Positions 28,047 through 36,586 of a DNA stretch of 64,000 bases are shown here, piece by piece. This DNA is from Candidatus Onthoplasma faecipullorum. GTDB lineage: Bacteria > Bacillota > Clostridia > Christensenellales > UBA1242. The stretch spans positions 166,758 through 230,757 of the forward strand of contig DWVI01000004.1 in the NCBI GenBank assembly GCA_019120295.1, written 5' to 3'. How positions within the stretch are numbered: the stretch's first letter is position 1; every line of letters starts with the position of its first letter. The notes under the pieces were generated by a model. That model worked only from the letters and a program-made list of their open reading frames with translations. It made no database searches and had not been told where the DNA came from. Position numbers and translations under genes: made by a program.

Positions 28047-30422
28047 ATGTCATTAAAAAAGTTAGTAAACATAACGCCAGCAGAACTTAAGGCTAAGGGT
28101 GTTGTTTCTCTTGCAGATAGACCAAATGTTACGGCATCTTACGGAACAGGGGGGCTATCTCCAACACAACTTAAACTTTGGTTTGACCAACTGGCAACAT
28201 TTTTAGCTAAAAAGCTTAATATGATACAAGATACTTTAAGCGGGGAAGATGCAGCAAGTTATTTAAAACTTGATTTAAGTGGGTTGTATCCCGAGCTTGA
28301 GGGAGAAAATTTTAGTTATTCTTTACAAGATCTATGCAATTCTTTTATAGATGGGAAATTTGCAAGTTTTCTAAAATTATATGAATCTGCATCTGCAAGC
28401 GATTTAAAAAATCTGCAAACTATTATAAACGGAATTGCTCAAAATATAAGCGACGAGAATGAAGCGTTGCAAGAATTTAAAGCGTTACTTTCAAGCAAAA
28501 ATGGTGCGGCAAATATCGGCTTGCCAGATATTTACGATACCGAAACAGGTAAAAAACTGTCAGATTTTATTAGTGATATATTCAATTGTAATCTTGCAGC
28601 AAAAATTGTAATAGAAACTTACGGTTTTGCAACTTCTAACAAGACCGCTAAAGTAAACAAAACGCTCCAAACATATATCAACGAAGTTACTTCCGCTCTG
28701 CAGGCTCAAAATAGCTCTGTGCTGCTTGAAATGATAAATGATAGATATACTAAAGCTGAGACTGATACAAATATTTCACAGTCAATAACCACTGCAGTAA
28801 ATAACCATAACACAAACTCGTCAGCTCATAGTGCAATTATGGCTGAAAAATTTGACAAAGCAAACGTTATGCCTGAATTTGTTGGCGAAGATGTGAATAA
28901 TTCGGCTAAAGTAGCTTCAGCCGCCGCCTTAAAGCAAGTGATAGATGATATAAATGCAAGTATAGAATCTGTTGATGGAAAAGCAGATGTATCTCTTAAA
29001 AACGTAACTTATAACTCTACAACGGGTGTTATTATCTTCACGAAAACAAACGGGGAGACTATAACCTATGACTTGCCAAGTGAAAAAATATTAAAAAGTG
29101 GTGCAAGTTACTATGAGAGTTCAACAAAGAAGTTGCACTTAGTTTTAATGGACGATAGCGAAATTGTAATTGACGTTTCTAATCTTGTTGACGAATATTT
29201 TGGAGACGATGTTACAATAGAGTCTTATTCTGAAAATGGGCAAAAACATTTCCGTATAAAAACAACATATAAAAACACGCTTGACGGCTATGGAACAACC
29301 CTTGAAGACCACGCAGAAGAACTTGACAGGTTAGAGACAGCAAAAATAAACAAAACTGATATTGTTGATAACCTTACTTCAGACGTGTCTGATAAGCCAG
29401 TTTCTGCAAAACAGGCAAAGATATTAAAAGACGAAATAAGTTCTATAGATGGCGTGCTTAATGGAGCGTTTTGTGGAGCTGAATATAATCAAACTACAGG
29501 CAGTCTTATTCTGCACAAAACTGATGGTTCTACCACAACAATCAATTTTCCTCTTGAAAGCTTTGTTCAAGACGCCTCATTTAACACAGAAACAAATGTT
29601 GTTACACTTGTTGTAAAAAATGGGCAATCAGTATCTTTTGACTTATCAGCCTTAATTGACTATTACTATGGAGACGGTTCCACAATTGAAGTATATGACG
29701 ATCCTGAGGATAACTACAAACACAAAATAAGAGTAAAATCAGACTTTTTAAATCAAGTCAATACGGATATTTCTGCACTTGAAACAAGAATGGATGCTGC
29801 AGAAGAAGCAATAAGTTATCTTGAGAAAATTGATGAGTATGGCTCAATAGGTATTGCAGATGGCGAAACTATTACAATGGATATGGAAACAGGCGACTTA
29901 AGTGCTCGCAAATTGAAAATGCCTGATGGAACTATTGTTAGTATTCTTCCAATAAGTAAAACTAGTTATGATGCACTTACTACAAAAGATGCTAACACTT
30001 TATATATTATTGATGATAGTGGAAGGTTTGTTCTTGCATTTGGAAGTAAAACCTTGTTTGCAGGCGGTGTCAATGACACGGAAACAAGCGAATCAATTAC
30101 ATTTAGATTTATTACTCAGTCAGCATACGAGGGACTTGCAACCAAAGATAGCTCAAAATTATACATCATAAATAAAAATGGAAGCCTTGCATTTGCTTTT
30201 GGTAGTTTGTATCTTGATACCAATAGCGAGCTTATTACAGAAATGCAGACGAGTATAGACGAACTTGAAGCTGCAGTAGAGAAAAATAATAACTATATAG
30301 CATTATCTCATAGCACATTATCAGGCGAATCTAAAGTTATTTTATTTAGTAGTCTTTCCGCAACAGGACTTACTTTAACAAGTGGAACATTGCTATCGTC
30401 AGAGAGGTGCTTGCAGTGTTAA
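28047..30422 (+). CDS. tail fibre/spike protein with internally duplicated modules
   Basis: Two ~95-aa paralogous modules ('YNSTTGVIIFTKTNGETITYDLP...' and 'YNQTTGSLILHKTDGSTTTINFP...'). Two 'S.Y..L.TKD...LYII' fibre-type motifs. Confidence 0.6.
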   Translation: MSLKKLVNITPAELKAKGVVSLADRPNVTASYGTGGLSPTQLKLWFDQLATFLAKKLNMIQDTLSGEDAASYLKLDLSGLYPELEGENFSYSLQDLCNSFIDGKFASFLKLYESASASDLKNLQTIINGIAQNISDENEALQEFKALLSSKNGAANIGLPDIYDTETGKKLSDFISDIFNCNLAAKIVIETYGFATSNKTAKVNKTLQTYINEVTSALQAQNSSVLLEMINDRYTKAETDTNISQSITTAVNNHNTNSSAHSAIMAEKFDKANVMPEFVGEDVNNSAKVASAAALKQVIDDINASIESVDGKADVSLKNVTYNSTTGVIIFTKTNGETITYDLPSEKILKSGASYYESSTKKLHLVLMDDSEIVIDVSNLVDEYFGDDVTIESYSENGQKHFRIKTTYKNTLDGYGTTLEDHAEELDRLETAKINKTDIVDNLTSDVSDKPVSAKQAKILKDEISSIDGVLNGAFCGAEYNQTTGSLILHKTDGSTTTINFPLESFVQDASFNTETNVVTLVVKNGQSVSFDLSALIDYYYGDGSTIEVYDDPEDNYKHKIRVKSDFLNQVNTDISALETRMDAAEEAISYLEKIDEYGSIGIADGETITMDMETGDLSARKLKMPDGTIVSILPISKTSYDALTTKDANTLYIIDDSGRFVLAFGSKTLFAGGVNDTETSESITFRFITQSAYEGLATKDSSKLYIINKNGSLAFAFGSLYLDTNSELITEMQTSIDELEAAVEKNNNYIALSHSTLSGESKVILFSSLSATGLTLTSGTLLSSERCLQC

Positions 30423-30448
30423 AATATAATGAGCGTTCTCCAAAAGAG

Positions 30449-30817
30449 ATGATGGTTATAACAAAAGCAAAAGATTTGTTGGAACATAGCTTCAATATGA
30501 CGGCGAACACTGAAAGATTTCCTAAAAAATACAGATTTTCAATCGGTACAAGAATAGAAAATATATCAATAGAGATTTATGAAAATCTTGTAAGGGCAAA
30601 TGAGTATAATCTTACAGATCCAACAGAAAAAGCAAAACGTCTACAGTGCCAACAACAAAGTATTGTGTTGTGTAAATTACTAAATACTCTTATAGAGCTT
30701 GCTTATAAAATAAAATCAATAAAAATTTCTTCAAAGTCAGTTGAATATTGGTGTGGACTTGTTGTTGAAGTAAAACGAATGTCTGCAGCTTGGAGAAATA
30801 ACGATAAAAAACAATAA
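30449..30817 (+). CDS. avd: DGR accessory variability determinant (Avd, four-helix-bundle family)
   Basis: ~122 aa from the ATG at 30449. 'FPKKYRFSIGTRIENISIEIYENLVRAN' is typical of the Avd / 23S-IVS four-helix-bundle family. Sits directly upstream of TR and RT. Confidence 0.7.
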   Translation: MMVITKAKDLLEHSFNMTANTERFPKKYRFSIGTRIENISIEIYENLVRANEYNLTDPTEKAKRLQCQQQSIVLCKLLNTLIELAYKIKSIKISSKSVEYWCGLVVEVKRMSAAWRNNDKKQ

Positions 30818-30839
30818 GAATTTAGGGTATGTTCTGCTC

Positions 30840-30942
30840 CTCCTAACTCGTCGAACTCTCACAACGTTCGCAATGTCAACTCGAACGGTAACCTGAACAA
30901 CAACAATGCGTATAACGGTAACAACGGCGTGCGTCCGCTTTG
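30840..30942 (+). repeat. DGR template repeat (TR), 103 nt
   Basis: Non-coding. Has 30 adenines and is AAC/AAT-rich when read in the VR frame. Aligns without gaps to VR1 and VR2, with differences almost exclusively at TR adenines. Confidence 0.9.
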
Positions 30943-31094
30943 GTGGGTTATAGTCAGACCGAGTAGCGTAAAGCGAAAGCAGCACTCCACCAACAAAGGA
31001 GGACATATCCTTTCCGTAAGGATAAATACAAGATTACCGACACAAGCACATTATTTTATAAGGTGTAAGTTATTAGCGGTAAGGAGTCGAATAT
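30840..31094 (+). ncRNA. DGR template RNA (TR plus spacer up to the RT start)
   Basis: By analogy with the Bordetella BPP-1 DGR, where TR and the downstream spacer form the RT template/primer RNA. A local hairpin TATCCTT/AAGGATA lies at 31006-31024. Confidence 0.45.
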
Positions 31095-32150
31095 ATGCAG
31101 GAATATGAAAAAATTTATAATTTTGTGAGTTTATATAAAGCTTATAAAAAGGCTCGTTGTGGAAAACGCTGGAAAGAAGCAGCTATAAAATTTGAAATAA
31201 ACTTAATGGAAGCATTATTGCTTTTAAGTGAGCAATTAAAAAATAAAACCTATAGATTGTCTGAATATAATGTTTTCAAAGTTTATGAGCCTAAAGAAAG
31301 AATTGTTATGAGCAATAGTTATAAAGATAAGGTTGTGCAACATTCAATATGCGATAATGTTTTAGAGCCAATATTAACAAAAAGTTTTATTTATGATAAC
31401 TATGCTTCACAGGTTGGAAAGGGCACAGACTTAGGCTTGAATAGACTAAAAGAGTTTATGCGAAAATACTATTCAATCAATAAGTCAGCTGACGGCTGGG
31501 TGCTTAAGTGTGATATTAGCAAGTATTTTTACAACATTGACCACAACATTTTGAAAAAATTATTGAGAAAACATATATCCTGTCAAGATACATTATGGCT
31601 GTTAGATATGATAATAGACAGCACAGAGGGTGTTGGGATACCAATAGGAAATCAATCTTCTCAATTATTTGCTTTACTTTATTTAAACGGACTTGATCAT
31701 TATATAAAAGAGAAATTGCAGATAAAGTTTTACGGAAGATATATGGATGATTTTTATTTAATACATAAAGATAAAAATTATTTAAAATATTGCCTCCAAA
31801 AAATTAAAGAAAAAGTTGAAGAACTTGGACTTACATTAAATTCTAAAACATCTATTTCTCCTCTTAAAAATGGAATTGATTTTCTTGGTTTTCACACTTA
31901 TTTAACAGAAAGCGGAAAGGTTATAAGAAAACTTAGACGCTCTTCAAAGACAAATATGCGTAGACGGCTTAAAAAGTATAAAAGTCTGAATACGCAAGGG
32001 AGATTGCCAATGAAACGTATTGAGTGCTCCTATAACAGTTGGAAAGGACACGCAAAACGTGGAAATTGCTATCATTTAATACAAAAAATGGATAGCTTAT
32101 ATAATAGTCTTTTCAAAAAGGAGGAAAATAAAAAATGTCTCAAACGTTAG
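31095..32150 (+). CDS. DGR reverse transcriptase
   Basis: 'IGNQSSQLFALLYLN' matches the DGR-RT signature (I/L)GxxxSQ. 'GRYMDDF' matches the YxDD catalytic box. 351 aa; adjacent to TR. Confidence 0.9.
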   Translation: MQEYEKIYNFVSLYKAYKKARCGKRWKEAAIKFEINLMEALLLLSEQLKNKTYRLSEYNVFKVYEPKERIVMSNSYKDKVVQHSICDNVLEPILTKSFIYDNYASQVGKGTDLGLNRLKEFMRKYYSINKSADGWVLKCDISKYFYNIDHNILKKLLRKHISCQDTLWLLDMIIDSTEGVGIPIGNQSSQLFALLYLNGLDHYIKEKLQIKFYGRYMDDFYLIHKDKNYLKYCLQKIKEKVEELGLTLNSKTSISPLKNGIDFLGFHTYLTESGKVIRKLRRSSKTNMRRRLKKYKSLNTQGRLPMKRIECSYNSWKGHAKRGNCYHLIQKMDSLYNSLFKKEENKKCLKR

Positions 32151-33892
32151 GAAGTTTGCCTATAGGAGCAAAAGTAAAAGACGCAAACACAAAATTCTTA
32201 GGCGAACCTATTGTTTGGCTTAAGGCGGATAAAGATCATACAGATTATCCTACAAATAGCACAACTCTTATCACAGAGAAGATTATAGCTCTAAGAGCTT
32301 TTGATGCTAAAGAGCCTAACAATACAGATTCAAATAGACAAAGTTATGGAAATAACAAATATTCAGTTTCAAATATTGACCAATGGTTAAACTCTGATGC
32401 AGCAGCAGGGCAATGGTATACTGCAAAACACGAAGCTGATCAGGCTCCAACTACTGTAAGCACTCACGTATCCGCAAACACATACACAGAAGATGCAGGC
32501 TTTTTAAACGGTTTTTCAAGTTATTTCAAATCTCAGTTGTTAGAAACAACACTAAAGGTTGCTCTTAATACTGTAACAGATGGCGGAGATTACGAATCTA
32601 TAACTCGTAAAGTATTCTTAGCTTCACGTGCAGAAACTTTTGGTGCTGCAGAAAATAGCGTTATGGAGGGAAGTTTACTATCAATCTTCTCAGAGAACAC
32701 AAATGCCTGTAGAATTGCTTATGTAACGCAAGCGTGCGTGGATGATAGTGATTATTCTTCTGACCCTGCCGCTGGTGCAGCGTGGTATTGGTGGTTAAGA
32801 ACTCCTAACTCGTCGATCTCTCGCTACGTTCGCTATGTCTTCTCGGGCGGTTACCTGTTCTACAGCTATGCGTTTAACGGTTTCTACGGCGTGCGTCCGC
32901 TTTGTAACCTGTCATCTGATATTCTGGTGTCTGATACTGTTGACGAAGACGGTTGCTATGTTATTCAATTGCCGCCTGAGGCTCCTGATACAATAAATGT
33001 AAAAACGCCTATATATTGCGATCCTGATTATAACACAGGAGGAATAGAGGGAGGTAAGGCAGAAGTGTCTTGGAGTGCTGGTTCAAATTGTAAAACATAC
33101 AAATTGGAACGCTCTATAAACGGCGGAGAATTTTACGAAATTTATGTCGGAGACAACTTAGCTTACGAAGACGTCATTACAGACAACATAAATACGGTTC
33201 AGTATAGGGTTGCTGGCTTGTCAGGAACGACTTCAACAAGCTATACGACTTCAAGTGTTGTTGTGGTGCAGGACAATTATCCACCATTTATTTCAGGAGA
33301 TAACACTGCATTTGGAGATGTCGCAACAAGAATTAAATATAATTACACAGTGTATGATGGCGATGATGTAAATGTAACAGTTAAAGAATATGTGAATACT
33401 ACTTTAATCAAAACATATACAGCGACAGGTTCTGCAAATAACGTATTTGAAATTGACCTTGAAACGTGGAACGGACTTAGCACAGGAGATAATTATATAA
33501 AAATTGAAGTTGAAGATGATGACGGCTCAACTGCCACTCAGACAAAGCACTTTAATAAAATTGGCGGAGTTATTGAATTTGTCTATGAGCCTTTTGGTTC
33601 GTCAATATCAGCAGTTCCTAAGGCAATAAATGTTAAATTAGATTTAAAAATGCCTTTAGATGCATCAATTGAAGTCTTAGCAACTAATAATGCAAATGAT
33701 ACTCAACCTGTATGGGATGATATTACTACTGCTGCATTAAGCGGAACAAATCACGTATTTTCAAATACTGCAAAACAACAAGGTGTAACTTATTATAATG
33801 TAAAAATTAAAGTAAAAATCAATAGGAACGGTGCAGACGGCGAAATCAAGTTATATGGTATGAAATGTCAACTTGACTGCAGTTTGACTTAA
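32135..33892 (+). CDS. DGR target protein (receptor-binding candidate): N-terminal domain, CLec-like VR-bearing segment, then FN3/Ig-like C-terminal domains
   Basis: Contains VR1. 'AWYWWLRTP....YGVRPL' is a C-type-lectin-fold-like VR scaffold. 'KAEVSWSAGSNCKTYKLERSINGGEFYEIY...VQYRVAG' is FN3-like. The start overlaps the RT stop. Confidence 0.8.
   Translation: MSQTLGSLPIGAKVKDANTKFLGEPIVWLKADKDHTDYPTNSTTLITEKIIALRAFDAKEPNNTDSNRQSYGNNKYSVSNIDQWLNSDAAAGQWYTAKHEADQAPTTVSTHVSANTYTEDAGFLNGFSSYFKSQLLETTLKVALNTVTDGGDYESITRKVFLASRAETFGAAENSVMEGSLLSIFSENTNACRIAYVTQACVDDSDYSSDPAAGAAWYWWLRTPNSSISRYVRYVFSGGYLFYSYAFNGFYGVRPLCNLSSDILVSDTVDEDGCYVIQLPPEAPDTINVKTPIYCDPDYNTGGIEGGKAEVSWSAGSNCKTYKLERSINGGEFYEIYVGDNLAYEDVITDNINTVQYRVAGLSGTTSTSYTTSSVVVVQDNYPPFISGDNTAFGDVATRIKYNYTVYDGDDVNVTVKEYVNTTLIKTYTATGSANNVFEIDLETWNGLSTGDNYIKIEVEDDDGSTATQTKHFNKIGGVIEFVYEPFGSSISAVPKAINVKLDLKMPLDASIEVLATNNANDTQPVWDDITTAALSGTNHVFSNTAKQQGVTYYNVKIKVKINRNGADGEIKLYGMKCQLDCSLT
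32802..32904 (+). repeat. DGR variable repeat VR1
   Basis: 18 differences from TR over 103 nt, all at TR adenines. A 23-nt A-free 3' end is identical to TR (IMH-like). Confidence 0.9.
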
Positions 33893-33903
33893 GGGGAGGC
33901 GAT

Positions 33904-34359
33904 ATGAAAATGGAAATCAAGTTATTAAATAACAAAAAAGGTTTTATTTTAACTCGTCAACCTGAAGTAGTGGAAGATAAACTTTATATAACATTCGCAA
34001 ATGCTCCTAAAAATGCAACAGCAATTTTTGAAAACGCAAACGATTCACTATATAGGTTATTACAAGATAATTGTTGCGAAATTCCTGAAAATTTTTTGAT
34101 AGGGGAAATTAAAATAACCGTTGCAATTTTAAATGGCGAAATAAACTCTCCAAAATGGGAGTGTGAGGGCATTAAGGCGTCAAAAACAAAAGATGGAAAT
34201 ATTCTTATTGCTCCAAATGATATGAATTTGCCTGAGAAAATGGTAGAAATTCAACTTGAAATGCAAGAGATACAAAACAATTTAAGCATACTATCGAAAA
34301 ACTATTCGGAGCTTGAAACTAAATTGACCAAGCTGCTTGAGGGATACGACATAACATAA
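33904..34359 (+). CDS. hypothetical phage protein
   Basis: RBS GGGGAGG; C-terminal coiled coil. Confidence 0.55.
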   Translation: MKMEIKLLNNKKGFILTRQPEVVEDKLYITFANAPKNATAIFENANDSLYRLLQDNCCEIPENFLIGEIKITVAILNGEINSPKWECEGIKASKTKDGNILIAPNDMNLPEKMVEIQLEMQEIQNNLSILSKNYSELETKLTKLLEGYDIT

Positions 34360-34374
34360 GGAGGTAAATAAGTT

Positions 34375-35058
34375 ATGAAGAAAAAAGTATCTTTAAGTAT
34401 CTTGGCTTGCTTTGCAATCATTTTATGCTTTGGAGTGTTTTTGGGAACTTCTGCTCTAAATTCACAAACAAGCATATTAACTGTATCTGCAGAGACAGTT
34501 GTTTCAACAAGCGAAAACATAGATGAAGAGCAAGAAATTATTCCTGAAGAGACAGAAGTGGAAAATAATACTTTTTTTGGTAGAGTTTGGGAATGGGTTG
34601 TCGCTAATAAAACTGAACTTATTTCTGCTCTTGGAAATATTATTCTTGCAGTTTTATTTTTAATAAACTATATCAATTCAAAAAAGAAGCTTACCAAGAT
34701 AACAAGTGGGGTTTTGACCACCTCAAGTTCTCAAGCAGATGTTGTAAACGTTGTAAATAAACTTATTGACGGATATAATAAACTTGAAGATATTACAACT
34801 AAATATGCTAACACTGAAGATGAAAAATATAAGGCGGTAGCAAAGTCTATTGTGCAAACAAAAGCTATTCTTGAAATTTTGATTACTGTATACGCTAACT
34901 CTAAAAATATTCCACAAGGCGTAAAAGATTTAATCAACTTAAAATATGCAGACGCCTTGAAGCTGATAGGAAATGACGAACAACTAAAACAAACTTTAGA
35001 TAACGAAATGGAAAAAGAAAACGCTGAGGAACAATCAGGCACGCAAACGGAGGAATAA
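34375..35058 (+). CDS. membrane/secreted protein (N-terminal signal or TM helix plus an internal TM helix)
   Basis: 'MKKKVSLSILACFAIILCFGVFLG' and 'ISALGNIILAVLFLINYI'; RBS AAGGAGG. Confidence 0.55.
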   Translation: MKKKVSLSILACFAIILCFGVFLGTSALNSQTSILTVSAETVVSTSENIDEEQEIIPEETEVENNTFFGRVWEWVVANKTELISALGNIILAVLFLINYINSKKKLTKITSGVLTTSSSQADVVNVVNKLIDGYNKLEDITTKYANTEDEKYKAVAKSIVQTKAILEILITVYANSKNIPQGVKDLINLKYADALKLIGNDEQLKQTLDNEMEKENAEEQSGTQTEE

Positions 35059-35059
35059 A

Positions 35060-35464
35060 ATGAAAAATTCCACCAAAGGAAAGATTTGCAAAATTTCTGC
35101 ACTTTGTATAGACGTAGCGGCTCCTTTAGCAGCAACAATCTCTCAATTCCCTGTATGGGTTGATAGAAGCTCTTCTGCAACAATCTCGGGTTTATTCTTA
35201 GTATTTGCCTTTTTGTCTGCTATTCCATTTATGAAACAAATTAAAGCATATTTAAAATCGCCGTCAGCTTGGTCTATGTGGTGCATCTTATTTGTTCTTT
35301 TAATAGCTCTCAGAAACATTATAGACGAAATGGTTATTATTTGTTTGGTTGGTCTTATAGCAAATGCTTGCGGTGCAGGGCTTCATAAAATTGGGGAAAA
35401 TATTGAAAGTAAGCCCGATCCTGAAACTCCTGAAGACTCTGAAAATAATGGAAGTGAGGTGTGA
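35060..35464 (+). CDS. multi-pass small membrane protein (holin candidate)
   Basis: 134 aa with ~4 hydrophobic helices and a charged acidic C-terminus; located in the late-operon tail. Confidence 0.35.
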   Translation: MKNSTKGKICKISALCIDVAAPLAATISQFPVWVDRSSSATISGLFLVFAFLSAIPFMKQIKAYLKSPSAWSMWCILFVLLIALRNIIDEMVIICLVGLIANACGAGLHKIGENIESKPDPETPEDSENNGSEV

Positions 35465-35467
35465 TAA

Positions 35468-36550
35468 ATGGAACCTATAAAAAATGATAACAGAAAAGAT
35501 GATCCTGTAGAAAGACTTGGTAAAACACAAAAGAGAGTGGTAAAGTCGTTATTTAATAATATGGCTTTAATAATTGGTATGTTTATCATTATTGTTGTCA
35601 TAGTTGTCTTTACAACTGATGTTAAAATATCAAGTGCTTTACATTGGGCTGAAATTGGTCTCACGTTCTTTATTCTTCTGTTTTGCTCGTATTCTATGTA
35701 TGTGAATTTTGTTGGAAGTGGAACTCGTGCAGGAAGGGCAACTAAAATATATATAGAAACTCTTGAAAAATATGAGACTATCAAGAAAAAAATAATTGAT
35801 AACAAGCATCAAAACAGAATTGGAGAATTTTGCAGATATTATATATCGGAAGAGCTGAAAAATACTAAAAATTCAATTCTGTCAGAGGTTGGAATAGATT
35901 TTGAAGATTATACAGAAAAATATATTGGAAAAGACGAGGAAACTTTGCGGACAGACGAAAGCTTGTCTAAAGCACAAATTGCGGCTATTTGCAAAGCAAA
36001 CTCTATTCAGCCAGTAAAATTAACTCCTGAAATGATTTTTAAAAGGGGTAGAGGCAACCACAGAAGAAGTCCGTTGGGAATCAAGCCTGAAACACGCAAA
36101 AATATTGCCTATGGAACAAAATTTATCTATACCTGTGTAACCTCACTACTTACAGGCGTAATTTTATTTGATGTTATTATCGATCCATCTTGGGCGACCT
36201 TTGCTGCTTGTTGCCTGAAAGTCTTATTGGTTGTTTTAAACGGTTTCTTTGGCTATAAAATGGGCTATGAGAATATAACAGTGCATACTGTTGATTATAT
36301 GAGCGACCAAATAGACTTAATGCAGCAATTAGAACAATATGTCGAAGCTCATCCTCAAATTGTTAAAATCGAAGATAGTGTAGCGGTTGAGGCTTCAACT
36401 GAAGAAACGCCAGCTCGAGAAGAACAAGAGATTTTAGTGGAAGAAGTTCCACAGGATAAAACAACTAAAGAGGAAGAAGAAAAACCAAGTGAAGCGGTAA
36501 AAGAAAATACAAAATTAGAATTGTTAGAAATAAAAAATATTGAAGAATAA
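35468..36550 (+). CDS. membrane protein (about 4 TM helices) with acidic C-terminal tail
   Basis: Hydrophobic segments 'MALIIGMFIIIVVIVVF', 'IGLTFFILLFCSYSMYV', 'TSLLTGVILFDVII' and 'CCLKVLLVVLNGFF'. Confidence 0.55.
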   Translation: MEPIKNDNRKDDPVERLGKTQKRVVKSLFNNMALIIGMFIIIVVIVVFTTDVKISSALHWAEIGLTFFILLFCSYSMYVNFVGSGTRAGRATKIYIETLEKYETIKKKIIDNKHQNRIGEFCRYYISEELKNTKNSILSEVGIDFEDYTEKYIGKDEETLRTDESLSKAQIAAICKANSIQPVKLTPEMIFKRGRGNHRRSPLGIKPETRKNIAYGTKFIYTCVTSLLTGVILFDVIIDPSWATFAACCLKVLLVVLNGFFGYKMGYENITVHTVDYMSDQIDLMQQLEQYVEAHPQIVKIEDSVAVEASTEETPAREEQEILVEEVPQDKTTKEEEEKPSEAVKENTKLELLEIKNIEE

Positions 36551-36551
36551 T

Positions 36552-36585
36552 AAAAAATAAGGTGCACTAAACACCTTATTTTTTT
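36552..36585. terminator. bidirectional rho-independent terminator
   Basis: AATAAGGTG (36556-36564) pairs with CACCTTATT (36572-36580). It is flanked by an A-run on one side and a T-run on the other. Confidence 0.7.
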
Positions 36586-36586
36586 G

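Noticed and set aside
30737-31006. 89-aa minus-strand ORF covering the TR
   Set aside because: It lies antisense across the Avd 3' end and the non-coding TR, and has no RBS. The region is explained by the DGR template.
32905-32960. Hairpin downstream of VR1
   Set aside because: This stretch contains a direct repeat (TCTGAT…TCTGAT), not an inverted one, and no stable stem was found by eye.
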